Part shown: positions 12,721 to 26,700 of the stretch, piece after piece
Position numbering within the stretch: position 1 is the first letter of the stretch
Layout of the letters: every line of letters starts with the position of its first letter
Assembly: GCA_032718475.1 (NCBI GenBank)
Contig: JAUCBJ010003840.1
Coordinates: 1 to 64,000, forward strand
Direction of reading: 5' to 3'
DNA: 64,000 nt
DNA from: Nemertoderma westbladi
Taxonomy: Eukaryota > Animalia > Xenacoelomorpha
The notes under the pieces: model-generated
What the model was told of the DNA's origin: nothing
The model's input: only the letters and a program-made list of their open reading frames with translations
The model's database searches: none
Position numbers and translations under genes: made by a program

Positions 12721-15189
12721 TAATAATACGAGGTAGTCCACATAGAATATAAATTGTATTAGTGATACGGTTGTGCGAATAAACTGTTGTAGGTCTGCGA
12801 TGTACAAAATAAAGCAAGTCAGTGATAGGCATCCACCACCACCCTGTAGGGTTCCACGGATGAGTTTAGTTGCGTTTATACCGCCGAATATTCTAATTTT
12901 GTTTGAGGTTAGACTCTTAGACTTTAATATTTTATTAATATTATTTTATAATAATTATAACACTTTAGGGATCTAAAACTTAATGTAAGAGTGGCATCCC
13001 CATGTTATTTTGCTAAGTAAAGGAGACCGTCACATTCACGTATAAAGGTTACTGTAGCTTTGCATTAGGTTTGGTGATGTTAATAAATGCACGTTCACGT
13101 ACCCATCATAGAGATGTCACTTTATGCCGTTTTTCAAAAAGAAAAGCTATTATCTTGAATTAGAAAATGTGTTTAATGCACTCATATGTCAGAGATATGA
13201 CGTTTAGATTTCCAGGAAAAAGCTATTATCTTCTATTAATTATGGGATTAAGTGGTCGACATTAAAATGTGGGAAACTTAATAGGATCATGACGGGAAAA
13301 CCGATGGCGATATCTTTATCATTAAACGCTACGGGAAAAAACTGATCGCAAAACATTATAACTACTAGAAAGTAGAAAGCCATCAAGATAGCTTTAAACG
13401 AAACTGCCTTTTGGGACTCAGAATAAGCACTAACTTTCCCGACAGCCAAATTTACTAACTTATAATATCTGAAATTATATAATAATATATTCGCATCCAC
13501 TCGATCCGTGCATTCCAGTGACCATGTTAAACTTTAAGTAAAACCAATTTTTGTGAGAAGTCTGGTGATAATTAATTGTCATTTATATTGGTCGCGAGAT
13601 AAAACATTCTAACAAGAACTAAAATATTAATTAAAACCCTGTTCCATATTGTTGTTTCAGTTGCTTTTCATCGGAAGTTTATTGATTATAAAACAATATT
13701 ATTAACTAATCTATACCTTACATATTTAATAAGACAACAAAGTCCAGGTCAGACTTGATACTATAGAATATAAATTAAATAATCTTTTCTTCTAGTAAAA
13801 TAAACTTTTGTATACATAAAGTTCACGCTAAATGAGAAACTCAGTAAAAGATGGAGGAAATCAATTGGATACTGATTATTAAACCTCGCAACATAACAGG
13901 AACGAGGAACAATTCAAATAAATATAAACGCTACTGTATGTATAGAATTAAATATACAAAGTTATTGATAAACATTAATTCCCATCATAATTAATGCCAC
14001 TGCCAAATTAAAACTGAAATTAAAACGTCTGATAAGAAGTGTAGAGTCTAATTTCTGTATAGGCTTAATTAATTCAGTTGGGGGCCTTAATCAGTTCAGA
14101 CACACTCAGTAACCTAATAAATATTCGCAATGGATTTTGACAGAGGAGCTATCAGCTGGCTACATACAGTAATTAGAAGACCGTTAGGACTTCTTACTGT
14201 AAAAGTATTCACTATGATTGTATCTATGTATATCGGGTGAACTCCACCGAAACTATAGCTAGTCCGGCAATTAAAATTATATCAATCGAAGCAGCTCAAC
14301 CCCAGGATGTGGAAAAATAAAAGGGTTGATTGCCTCAAAACACGAAAATTGCCATCAACTCAATGATAGAAACACCAGCTGCTGGTGCTCATGTGGGCCT
14401 AGTAAGCTACTACTATTGATTGAATGGATAGCCCAAACTGCAGAGAAGTATATTACTTGCCAAATTGATTACTATCTCACTCTATCCCAGACCGAAAACA
14501 AATTGTAATATATTAGCCCGACATCTGAATGGCTCTTCCAAGTGAATCCTATGGGAATATCTATAGGGTTACTCTACTCACTGCTAGGGAGGGGGGACAC
14601 AAGCTGATTGAATTATAAGCACTGGCCTGTTCAAATGTTTTATACATATTAGAGTCAAGTCACGCAAGTTAGAATCCGTGATCAATGTTTGCGAAACTCC
14701 AAATCTATAGCTAATTTTGAAGAGCATTATTTTCCGGTTAAAATAAGCCTGGGTGACCCAGGCAAAAGTTTGGGAATCCTGAGATATTGGCTTCTGAACT
14801 TTTGGGAATTTTATGTAAAAATCATCCTCTACACCGATCAATTATTGTCCATTTAACAGTGCTGTTTCCTCTACAACATATTCTAGAACTGTGTTTTTAA
14901 TATTATATTTCGACAACATTCTTTTAACATTTCGGATTCGGGTATACTATAATTATTGTCTGTTCGAGAACGGAATATACGGATTTAATACCTGAAGAAA
15001 ATTAATCTGTATAACAACTGAGGCCGTAGACCGAAGTAGTTATACATGATTTATTTGCTGAAGACTGATACGACTTTACTTTTGAGGGAGGTTGTTCTAG
15101 TCATTTACAAGACGACAGCTAAAAATTATTTCGAATCCCCCGCTTAGACTTAGGAGTAAACTTATTGGTATTGGTACCCCATTATTCGA

Positions 15190-15385
15190 CAACAAAACCA
15201 ACTGTCTGTTTCGATTCGGGCGGACGGTGTCTCGCATGTTGAACCACTTATTATCAACATCATCTAAAATCTTGAAGGTTTGAATCACATCACCCCTTTT
15301 TCTCCGATCAGTTGTAAGCCCGATCTGAGCCAATTTCTCCTCGTAAGATCCTGTCAGACCTGAAATATTCCTTCCTGTCGGGCCT
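15190..15385 (-). mobile_element. CR1-like LINE 3' fragment
   Basis: ISGLTGSYEEKLAQIGLTT-DRRKRGDVIQTFKIL resembles the CR1 ORF2 C-terminal 'YEERL..L.L..L..RR.RGD.I..FK' motif. Confidence 0.7.
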
Positions 15386-15613
15386 AGGAAATTCTGATAG
15401 ATAGAAAGGAAAGAAAATCGCAGGTCCATGATACAATTTTGCATGAACCAAAAAAAGACACTTGTGAATTCGCGGTTTAAATTGAAACATTTCCACTTGT
15501 TTTATTACGAAAAATAGCACAGTAACACTAAAATTGCCATAGACTCAATAATAGAAACACCGTGTTCATGAAAAAATAATAGTGAGGGCCTACTAATGGG
15601 TGCTATTGAATGG

Positions 15614-15898
15614 TCAATTTATGTCGCAGTGTCTGAGTGGATACGGCGCCTGAACTGCTTACACGATAGTGTTTGGTGGCGCAGGTTCGAATCCGACTAA
15701 AGGCTGTAGAAATTTCGCACTGTTGTGTCCCTAGGCAAGACACTTTAGACATTAGTGCCTACGCCAACCCAGCAGTATAATGGGAACCTGACTTTGCTGG
15801 GGTAATGATAATAAAAGCAGGCGCTTTGATAAGGTCGTAAGACCCCTAAAGGCGCCTGCTATAACAAATATAAGTACAATTATTATTATTATTTTTTT
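15614..15898 (+). mobile_element. tRNA-derived SINE
   Basis: A-box-like agtgtctgagtgg, B box ggttcgaatcc, central gtgtccctaggcaagacactt and cccagcagtataatgggaacctg blocks resembling conserved SINE central domains, an (ATT)n tail, and flanking AATGG direct repeats. Confidence 0.8.
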
Positions 15899-16542
15899 AA
15901 TGGAAAGGCCCAAACTGCAGATATATTACTTGCCAAGTTTAGTAAGTTTGTGTTTACTCAGTCACTATATCCCAGACAGTAAGCAAACATCAACTGTTAG
16001 TTTGCAATGTACAGTATTATCCCAGCTGAATAGGTAGCTCTTCCCAGTGAATCCTATGGGAATATCTACAACGACACTGTGCTGTTAGGTGGCAAGCCAG
16101 CTGAATGAATTTTAGTTTGCCAGAGTACTTCTGTTGACTATCGGGTACAAAGTGTATTGAAATGTTGGCCTACTCTGCTATAATTATAATATAATTGTTG
16201 TATTTAATTACAGTAATATAATATCTCGGTTTAAATGGAAACATCCCAACTTGTTTTATTTACAAAAATAAGAACGAATTATTGTCCTTTACTTCTTTAG
16301 CGCGATTGTATTGAATTCATGACAACTGCTGATATTATTATTAATCAATTGACACCTCGACTCCTCTCTGAGACTCCGACTACTCTATCCGATAGAACAA
16401 AATAATCATTTCGCTAACTGCTCTCTATCTTGTATAATCACAACAGCTTTTATAATTCATTAGCTGATTACAACGGAATAATTTTAGTTTGAAACTGTGT
16501 ATAAAATTGCTCGTACACCGGGACTACGCTCAGGGCTCAGAC

Positions 16543-16712
16543 GGTTGGGTGCAATCTTCGCCCGCGTCCAACCTTCGCCCGATTGGGGGAAAGGCGTAGG
16601 TTACAGACACAATAGGTTAAAGACACGAATTTTTCTAACCAAAACAATAAACGAGGTTGTTAACACTCATTTTGAGGGCGAAGATGCTCCGGGCGAAGTT
16701 TGCAGCGTCCCC
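16543..16712. mobile_element. Small MITE-like element
   Basis: tgcaatcttcgcccg near the left end and cgggcgaagtttgca near the right end are inverted. GCTCAGAC direct repeats flank it at 16535-16542 and 16713-16720. Confidence 0.55.
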
Positions 16713-18173
16713 GCTCAGACTAATTTATCAGACAGAACAAAAAGCTTTCACTTGAATCGCACTGGCTCCTACGACATGCTTCACGAGCCGCTAGGCTCAT
16801 CTCTAGCATATTATTAAAACTATTTAAGGCAGGGAAAATCCTGGAAGGATTTAGGAATTGGATTTATAGACTTTGATTATGACAAAAATGAAGTTACATC
16901 AGAGTAATTAAACTTATAGGCAAGTTATAATTAAACTTTAAACGAGAAATATCATAACAAACATAGTTAATATAAAGAAACAAATAATATGGCTCTTATG
17001 TAACCAACATTATATAAAACCTTATCTAATAGAATGCCACACCAAATTTAATTGTTTTGTGACATTATTGATTAATTAATTAGTCGCCATAAAAAATATA
17101 AATACAAATAAATAGGAAATGTAGAACCCAAACAGCCATAGAAAAATAAATAGATAATGTTTGCTATAATCATTACGCACCCGAGCGAAACACTGATTGT
17201 TATAAATAAGGCAGAAACAAAGTAAGATCAAGTAGCTAGTCATCATATCCCATTCGCAAAAGATAAGTCGCCACAACACAATATAGAGAGAAAAAAACAG
17301 AAAATCAAATTGCAGGATAAAATATATTTTATTCGGATTGTTACTTTTTCGCTCACACCAAAATCGGGAGCAAAAGGAGTACTTTTCTTCCCTAAGAAAT
17401 AAAGTAACCCATATGATTGCATTGATTTTACTTTTTTCCCGGCGAAAAAAGTAAAATAAAATATTTTTGTTTAAATTTCTTAAATTTTATTACATGTGTT
17501 GAAGATAATCGAAGTAGAAAAGAGGGTTTTTGAGAGAGGGCACGTAATTTGAGCAAAATCCATTGACACACTCAGAAGTTATTGAAAATTTAGTGTCTAC
17601 ATGGCGAACACCAAAACAGAACTTAATATCCAATATTAGCTTATGTGTAGTTAAGCGGCTCTCTAGTAACGTAATAAATATTCGAGAACACTAAATTATT
17701 TAACATTGAGTAAGGCAGCATCAGGAGTTGAAGAGTACAGTAATTTGAATCGCAGTAACTATGGAAGCATTATTTTGTAACACTATCTCGCTCTATCTTT
17801 TAAGAATTGAGCAACAAAAAAGTACCAATTTAAGTATAAAATTACGTATTACATGGGAAAAAAAACGTATAATATTTTTTTTCAATATTCTCTCGACCCT
17901 TTATTATTTACATGGCTCTATGTAAATAAAATAGTGAAGAAAAGTTAAACTTTTTTCCCCAAATAATAAATAATTATTATTAGAAACTTGAAACATTACA
18001 ACTACTCCATAAATTCGACAGGTATGTAATGTTTATATGATATTTAACTTTATTTTACTCCAATGTCCGATTATTTCATGCCAATGAATTGTATTAACAT
18101 GCAATATGAACATAACATCATCCAAAATGTAACCCGGTAGCATATTAGGCATATGAATAGTGCGACGTAGCAA

Positions 18174-20109
18174 CCAAGGGTGCGACATAGACAGGTTTGT
18201 ACAACGGTCCCATCGTTCCCAAGGGTGCGACACAGACAGGTTTGTACAACGGTCCCATCGTTCCCAAGGGTGCGACACAGACAGGTTTGTACAACGGTCC
18301 CATCGTTCCCAAGGGTGCGACACAGACAGGTTTGTACAACGGTCACATCGTTCCCAAGGGTGCGACACAGACAGGTTTGTACAACGGTCCCATCGTTCCC
18401 AAGGGTGCGACACAGACAGGTTTGTACAACGGTCCCATCGTTCCCAAGGGTGCGACACAGACAGGTTTGTACAACGGTCCCATCGTTCCCAAGGGTGCGA
18501 CACAGACAGGTTTGTACAACGGTCACATCGTTCCCAAGGGTGCGACACAGACAGGTTTGTACAACGGTCACATCGTTCCCAAGGGTGCGACACAGACAGG
18601 TTTGTACAACGGTCCCATCGTTCCCAAGGGTGCGACACAGACAGGTTTGTACAACGGTCCCATCGTTCCCAAGGGTGCGACACAGACAGGTTTGTACAAC
18701 GGTCACATCGTTCCCAAGGGTGCGACACAGACAGGTTTGTACAACGGTCACATCGTTCCCAAGGGTGCGACACAGACAGGTTTGTACAACGGTCCCATCG
18801 TTCCCAAGGGTGCGACACAGACAGGTTTGTACAACGGTCCCATCGTTCCCAAGGGTGCGACACAGACAGGTTTGTACAACGGTCCCATCGTTCCCAAGGG
18901 TGCGACACAGACAGGTTTGTACAACGGTCACATCGTTCCCAAGGGTGCGACACAGACAGGTTTGTACAACGGTCCCATCGTTCCCAAAGGTGCGACACAG
19001 ACAGGTTTGTACAACGGTCCCATCGTTCCCAAGGGTGCGACACAGACAGGTTTGTACAACGGTCACATCGTTCCCAAGGGTGCGACACAGACAGGTTTGT
19101 ACAACGGTCCCATCGTTCCCAAGGGTGCGACACAGACAGGTTTGTACAACGGTCACATCGTTCCCAAGGGTGCGACACAGACAGGTTTGTACAACGGTCA
19201 CATCGTTCCCAAGGGTGCGACACAGACAGGTTTGTACAACGGTCACATCGTTCCCAAGGGTGCGACACAGACAGGTTTGTACAACGGTCCCATCGTTCCC
19301 AAGGGTGCGACACAGACAGGTTTGTACAACGGTCACATCGTTCCCAAGGGTGCGACACAGACAGGTTTGTACAACGGTCACATCGTTCCCAAGGGTGCGA
19401 CACAGACAGGTTTGTACAACGGTCCCATCGTTCCCAAGGGTGCGCCACAGACAGGTTTGTACAACGGTCACATCGTTCCCAAGGGTGCGACACAGACAGG
19501 TTTGTACAACGGTCACATCGTTCCCAAGGGTGCGACACAGACAGGTTTGTACAACGGTCCCATCGTTCCCAAGGGTGCGACACAGACAGGCTTGTACAAC
19601 GGTCCCATCGTTCCCAAGGGTGCGACACAGACAGGTTTGTACAACGGTCCCATCGTTCCCAAGGGTGCGACACAGACAGGTTTGTACAACGGTCACATCG
19701 TTCCCAAGGGTGCGACACAGACAGGTTTGTACAACGGTCACATCGTTCCCAAGGGTGCGACACAGACAGGTTTGTACAACGGTCACATCGTTCCCAAGGG
19801 TGCGACACAGACAGGTTTGTACAACGGTCCCATCGTTCCCAAGGGTGCGACACAGACAGGTTTGTACAACGGTCCCATCGTTCCCAAGGGTGCGACACAG
19901 ACAGGTTTGTACAACGGTCCCATCGTTCCCAAGGGTGCGACACAGACAGGTTTGTACAACGGTCCCATCGTTCCCAAGGGTGCGACACAGACAGGTTTGT
20001 ACAACGGTCCCATCGTTCCCAAGGGTGCGACACAGACAGGTTTGTACAACGGTCCCATCGTTCCCAAGGGTGCGACACAGACAGGTTTGTACAACGGTCA
20101 CATCGTTCC
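18174..20109. repeat. 45 bp minisatellite, ~43 copies
   Basis: Unit ccaagggtgcgacacagacaggtttgtacaacggtc(c/a)catcgttc; nearly invariant apart from one C/A site. Confidence 0.98.
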
Positions 20110-20707
20110 TTTAATGAACAACATTATACATGGACCAGTGAATGTTTCAAGTTTCTAATAAAACGTTACGCATTTATTTGTTGTATAAGTAATCGAATAT
20201 TTCATTACAGGAAGATAAAAATCGACTGTAAAACAAAGTGCAAGAATATTTTCAATGAAATAAATAACAAATTAATAAACTATTTTAATGTCTTAACCAA
20301 ATTAAATCTGTCCACAAAAAATGTATCCATCCATGAAATAATAATACCCAACAAAAAGATTATTCCACCAATGTTCAGAAAATATACCTTCTCAATTAAT
20401 AGAAAAACTAATGAAAATCATTAATAATTATAAATAAATGATATTAATTGCAATAATGATAATAATAACTATAAGTAAATAATACATTAAATTAATATAA
20501 ATAAATAGACATAAAGTTAATATATAGCACATGAATTAAAGAGCATAATTAATGTAAAGTGGTATTAATTGGTATAAGATAATATTAGGTATCTGGATAA
20601 TAAAAGCTCCATTAATAATTAATTATCTAAGAAAACCAATAATAATAAATAGTTTCAACAATTATTTTACCTCCAATAAAACAATCTAATCTTATAAATT
20701 ATTGTAA

Positions 20708-23700
20708 TTAAAAAAAGGTAAGATCTGGACTTGAGATAACATTGTAAGTAATTGTTCCTTGTTTCTTATGTTCCACTCTGTCTGTAGAATGCAACGGACA
20801 GTTTGAATAAGTCAACTTCTTGCCGAACTCACGAGTTGGGGCGATAAATACACAGCCCATAAACTGGTCGCGAACGAGATTCGAGTTCCAAACCTGGACA
20901 AACAATAAATATCGAATACCCGTAACACTTTATTTACGGTTAGGGTTCCTCTTTATTTTAATCATATTTAAGAAACTTTTAAGGTATAAGGGGGGGGGGG
21001 GGGGGGGGGGGTTATGGCTTGGAAGTCATCATTTTGAAATGCTTACTGCACCAAAAAGCGAAAGAGCGAGTAGAAAAAAAAGTGTAAGATACATTTTGGG
21101 TGGACTATATTGAATTGTAATATTACCAAAAAAAAAAATAATTTTTGACGCCACTTAGCGGCCAGAGCCAAAATTGACATTTCTGACTTAAAATGCTTCT
21201 CCTTTGTTATACTTTATTTTCAGAAGTTGTAACCTGTTTTTTTGGAATCAGCATGGCCGATCATTAACAAACCACCTCAGAGGGTAGAGGCTGGCAGAGG
21301 CCCAAGGGAGGTAGATTCATGGGGTGATATAAGCTAACCAATGGGAGGGCTGCACCTGGCGGTTTAGAGTGTTGTATCGACCAGAGGCCAATGTAATGTG
21401 ATGGCCTACTATTTTCCCTTTATATTACCGGTCACGTGCATTGTGCAATCAGTTGGCATTTATTCTGTGTAGTAGAGTTGAAATAGTTTTCCACCGCTAC
21501 GCTGTGCTATCATCACTACCGGTACACTGTATTCATCAGTCAGTTGATTAATAGTAAAGTTCACCAAAGAAACTCCTTTATTTTACCAAATCAGTCAGTC
21601 CAACCACCAGTCAGCCATTAGCCGTCGCGCACGTAGGGAACATCACCAAAGTCAAACGGTCGGGATCTCAGTCTAACCTGGATCCCGACCCACCAAGTTT
21701 TCAAAGAAGCATTGTTTTTTCGTATAAAATGTTATAACCGTTGAACAATTATAAAATTGAAAAAAATGGCTCGAATTTTATTATTGCGCACACAAGCAGC
21801 TTTCATTTGATACCAAAAACTAACAAATTGGTTGAAAAATGGTGGAGGACTTCCCGCGCAAAAACTGTCCGCGAATATGTGAGAATAATAATTGAACGAC
21901 ATACTGACTAACATAACACAAGTGTCTTTAATTCTTGTCTTTACCTTTTACTTAATAAATATGTGAAAATGTCTGTCAATATATTATATAGCAACACGAA
22001 AGCACAAAACCATGCTAAGATTTTAGCTATGGGGATTTTCCTGGTCGCTGAGATTTAATTTCTGAGGTCAGTTCTAACTTTTAATCCATGAAATCTAGTT
22101 AATCTGTTTCCTGTCTGTCGGTCTTTCTGACTATCCTACGATCTGTTCGTCAAATATAAGAAAAAAGGGCAGATCTTCTAGCTAAAGGTTTAGCTCTAGA
22201 GGTTTTTTCAGGGTCGCAGAATCCATTTCGAGTGTCAGTTTTAACATTTGCTGACTTCCGAATTGTCAGTTTGGCTGTCGGTTATATTTTACGTCTATTT
22301 TTGACGGACAGGCGGACAGGCTTACTAAGAGGAACGATGACACCAAATTTGAATATTGATATCAGGAATGAAGTCAAGGACCAAGAAAACCTATAGGAAA
22401 TTTTTTAGACATATATTGTGAATTATATTGTTTTGGAGACATACTGACGGACAGACCGACAGTAAAACGGACAGACAGCCATATTTCGAGGAGTAAGAAA
22501 GATCTTGCTAAACAGATTTCATATTTGGAATCTTGATAAAAATCTGCTCTAGATGAAATAGAAAAAAAAATTGGAAAAAACATTTGAAAGCCAGTACCTA
22601 CCCCCAACCCCCCCCCCCCCCCCCCCCCCCGTAAATGTATTATTGAATGGGTATGATGTTATGTAGACCAGTGCATCAGTAACTATCACATACAATGAAT
22701 AGTTTCACTTTCATTCCACCTTCAGTTAACCAACCTGTAAAGTAATAGGTTTATCAGGTTTCTTTCTGTAGATAATAAATGTGACCTTCCATGTTGGGTT
22801 CACTGTATTCTTTCTTACAGGGCTGCAGACTTTCTGTCCTTCACAATGAACATAGGCATAAGGGTCAGCTCCTGTAACCAATTAAACAGTATAAATTAAA
22901 TTAAACAGGTTTTTAAGAATAAATACCGGAAATATGTACCTACCTGCTCACCAACCTACATCCAGCTCACCAACCTACCTCCTGCTCACCAACCTACCTC
23001 CAGCTCACCAACCTACCTCCAGCTCACCAACCTACCCCCAGCTCACCAACCTACATCCAGCTCACCAACCTACCTCCAGCTCACCAACCTACCTCCAGCT
23101 CACCAGCCACCTCCAGCTCACCAACCTACCCCCAGCTCACCAACCTACATCCAGCTCACCAGCCTACCTCCAGCTCACCAACCTACCTTCAGCTCACCAA
23201 CCTACCTCCAGCTCACCAGCCTACCTCCAGCTCACCAACCTACCTCCAGCACACCAGCCTACCTCCAGCACACCAACCTACCTCCAGCACAGCAGCCTAC
23301 CTCCAGATCACCAACCTACCTCCAGCTCACCAGCCTACCTCCAGCTGACCAACCTACCTCCAGGTCACCAGCCTACCTCTAGCTGATCAACCTACTTCCA
23401 GCTCACCAGCCTACCACCAGCTCACCAGTCTACATCCACCTCACCAACCTACCTCCAGCTCACCAACCTACCTCCAGCTCACCAACCTACCTCCAGCTCA
23501 CCAACCTACCTCCAGCTCACCAGCCTACCTCCAGCTCACCAGCCTACCCCCAGCTCACCAGCCTACCTCCAGCTCACCAACCTACCTCCAGCTCACCAGC
23601 CAACCCCCAGCTCTCCAACCTACCTCCAGCTCACCAACCTACCTCCAGCTCACCAACCTACCTCCAACTCACCAGCCTACCTCCAGCTCACCAGCCTACC

Positions 23701-26700
23701 TCCAGCTCACCAACCTACCTCCAGCTCACCAACCTACCTCCAGCTCACCAACTTACCATCAGCTCACTAGCCTACCTCCAGCTCACCAACCTACCCCCAG
23801 CTCACCAACCTACCTCCAGCTCACCAGCCTACCTCCAGCTCACGAACCTACCTCCAGCTTACCAACCTACCTCCAACTCACTAACCTACCTCCAGCTCAC
23901 CAATCTACCTCCAGCTTACCAACCTACCTCCAACTCACTAACCTACCTCCAGCTCACCAATCTACCTCCAGCTCACCAACCTACCTCCAGCTCACCAACC
24001 TACCTCCAGCTCATCAGCCTACCTCCAGCTCACCAACCTACATCCAGCTCACCAGCCTACCTCCAGCTCACCAGCCCACCTCCAGCTCACCAGCCTACCT
24101 CCAGCTCACCAACCTACCTCCAGCTCACCAACCTACTTCCAGCTCACCAGCCTACCTCCAGCTCACCAGCCTACCTCCAGCTCACCAACCTACCTCCAGC
24201 TCACCAACCTACCTCCAGCTCACCAGCCTACCTCCAGCTCACCAACCTACATCCAGCTCACCAGCCTACCTCCAGCTCACCAGCCTACCTCCAGCTCACC
24301 AGCCTACCTCCAGCTCACCAACCTACCTCCAGCTCACCAACCTACCTCCAGCTCACCAGCCTACCTCCAGCTCACCAGCCTACCTCCAGCTCACCAACCT
24401 ACCTCCAGCTCACCAACCTACCTCCAGCTCACCAGCCTACCTCCAGCTCACCAGCCTACCTCCAGCTCACCAGCCTACCTCCAGCTCACCAACCTACATC
24501 CAGCTCACCAGCCTACCCCCACCTCACCAACCTACCTCCAGCTCACCAACCTACCTCCAGCTCACCAACCTACCTCCAACTCACCAGCCTACCTCCAGCT
24601 CACCAGCCTACCCCCAGCTCACCAACCAACCTCCAGCTCACCAACCTACCTCCAGCTCACCAACCTACCTCCAGCTCACCAACCCACCTCCAGCTCACCA
24701 GCCTACCTCCAGCTCACCAACCTACCTTCAGCTCATCAACCTACCTCCAGCTCACCAACCTACCTCCAGCTCACCAGCCTACCTCCAGCTCACCTCCAGC
24801 TCACCAGCCTACCTCCAGGACACCAACCTACCTCCAGCTCACCAACATACCTCCAGCACCGATCTTATCCTGACGACTGAGGTTGTACGCGCTAACAACT
24901 TCAATTCGAGTAACGAGTTTGGGGTATCCAAGGAGACCGGACATACAATCACGAATCGGCGCCGGATCAACTAATTCCCTATAAGAGTACAATAATAATA
25001 ACAATACTGTAGGTAGAGTGGAGTGGACAGTGGTACAGTGGAGTTGTACAAGAGGGAAAAAATCGTAAATCAGAAATAGGTTTGAAATAGACCACATCAA
25101 GGTGCCGTAGTGATCCAGGTACATTCGACACCACCCCCCCCCCCCCCTCACCTATACCCCCCCTTCCCCCCAAACCCTCCATAACTACTCACCTACAATC
25201 GGCCTCACTAGACGAGAATATACGTAACATAAAGTCTCCAACTAGACTCGGTTCGAACGTCGTTGGTATAACAACGTAACGGCCGACATCGAGGTTAAAC
25301 CGTTGGAAGTTATTGCGGGTGTTGATGTAATTAACTTTGCCAACAACCTCCATGGCGTTCTGCAATCTGAATTCCCTGTTCATTTCAACCTGAGTCAACC
25401 CGTAATAGCAGACCATTAGTATTTTTAATCACAATAAATAAATAATTATTTTAGAACAACTTGAGACTTTAGAACAACTTGAGACTTTAGAACGACTTGA
25501 GACTTTAGAACGACTTGAGACTTTAGAACAACTTTAATGTACTTGTTTTCCACTTTACATTTGTACTCTTTGGGAAAGGAGAAGGTTACAGTAACAGTGT
25601 TTCTACCAAATGTCATATTGTGAGATTGACAATAATAAATATACAAGTCAATCAATAAAATTGTCCCTCTATCCCGCAATCTAGGTTAATTTTCAGTTTG
25701 GTAACGATAAAACGGCGCCTCTAATTGCAGCGGTGACCGCACTTCTGTCTAAAAATAGCTCTCCCCTTGTGTTATTGATGTAATATAATCACTATACTAA
25801 ACTACTGTATATACCGATACGATACACTTCCAAACAATAGAAAAAATATAAAATTATATTCCTACCGGTGTTCAATAAAGTTAGTGGAAGACCAATAAGG
25901 AGAAAAAAATGGTCGAAAATCTACATAATTTATCTAAGTATAAAATATGTTACGTAAACAAAAAAGTATTAATTATAAAAAAGTATTAAAAATCCAAACG
26001 AGTGTTAATTCGTCTATAGCAAACGGTACACTACCTCACTGGCAATATGATAAGAAAATAGAAAGATGGAAGCGGATTAGTGAAATTGATTCAGGTTGTA
26101 GCATTTTGGTGTAGGGAGGTATAAATAAATAGGGAATACTGTTGTATATTCAAAAGTTAATCGTCTTAAAACAGTTGAGTACAAACTATTTTTGAAATGA
26201 TGAGTTAGTTATGATGATGAATTATTTTAATTTTTAAATTTAATCTAATTTAGAATATTGAGGTAAACTTTTAAGTTTATTAAATCAGGGGACATCCGTT
26301 GAACACCACCACCAACCCCGTTCTACATTGTTTTCCAGGTATCGAGCAGTGGAGGATGATAACTGGAAATTAACATATTCGAATATCATAATACCAAATC
26401 ATAATTATGAATAAAGTTTACAAAGTTTCCATTTAATATATTACTTATATTAATTACTTATCTATTATATTATGAATAAATGTATTGTAGAAATAATACA
26501 TTTATAGTTTATATTCTATAAATAATAATAATAAAATATACTTTTTATATTACAACATTTTACAAAGTACTAAATAGCTGGGTAATTCTAGAATTATCCA
26601 ATTTACACCAAAATGCTTAAGAAATCAATTTGGTGCTGTACAAATCAATGAATGACCTTCATAACGGCAAACCCGATTGTGTAGTTGTGAGGCGCGTTAC

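Noticed and set aside
18033-20424. Five overlapping 640-750 aa ORFs
   Set aside because: Artefact of a stop-free 45 bp (3n) repeat unit; open in nearly all frames, with no flanking protein context.
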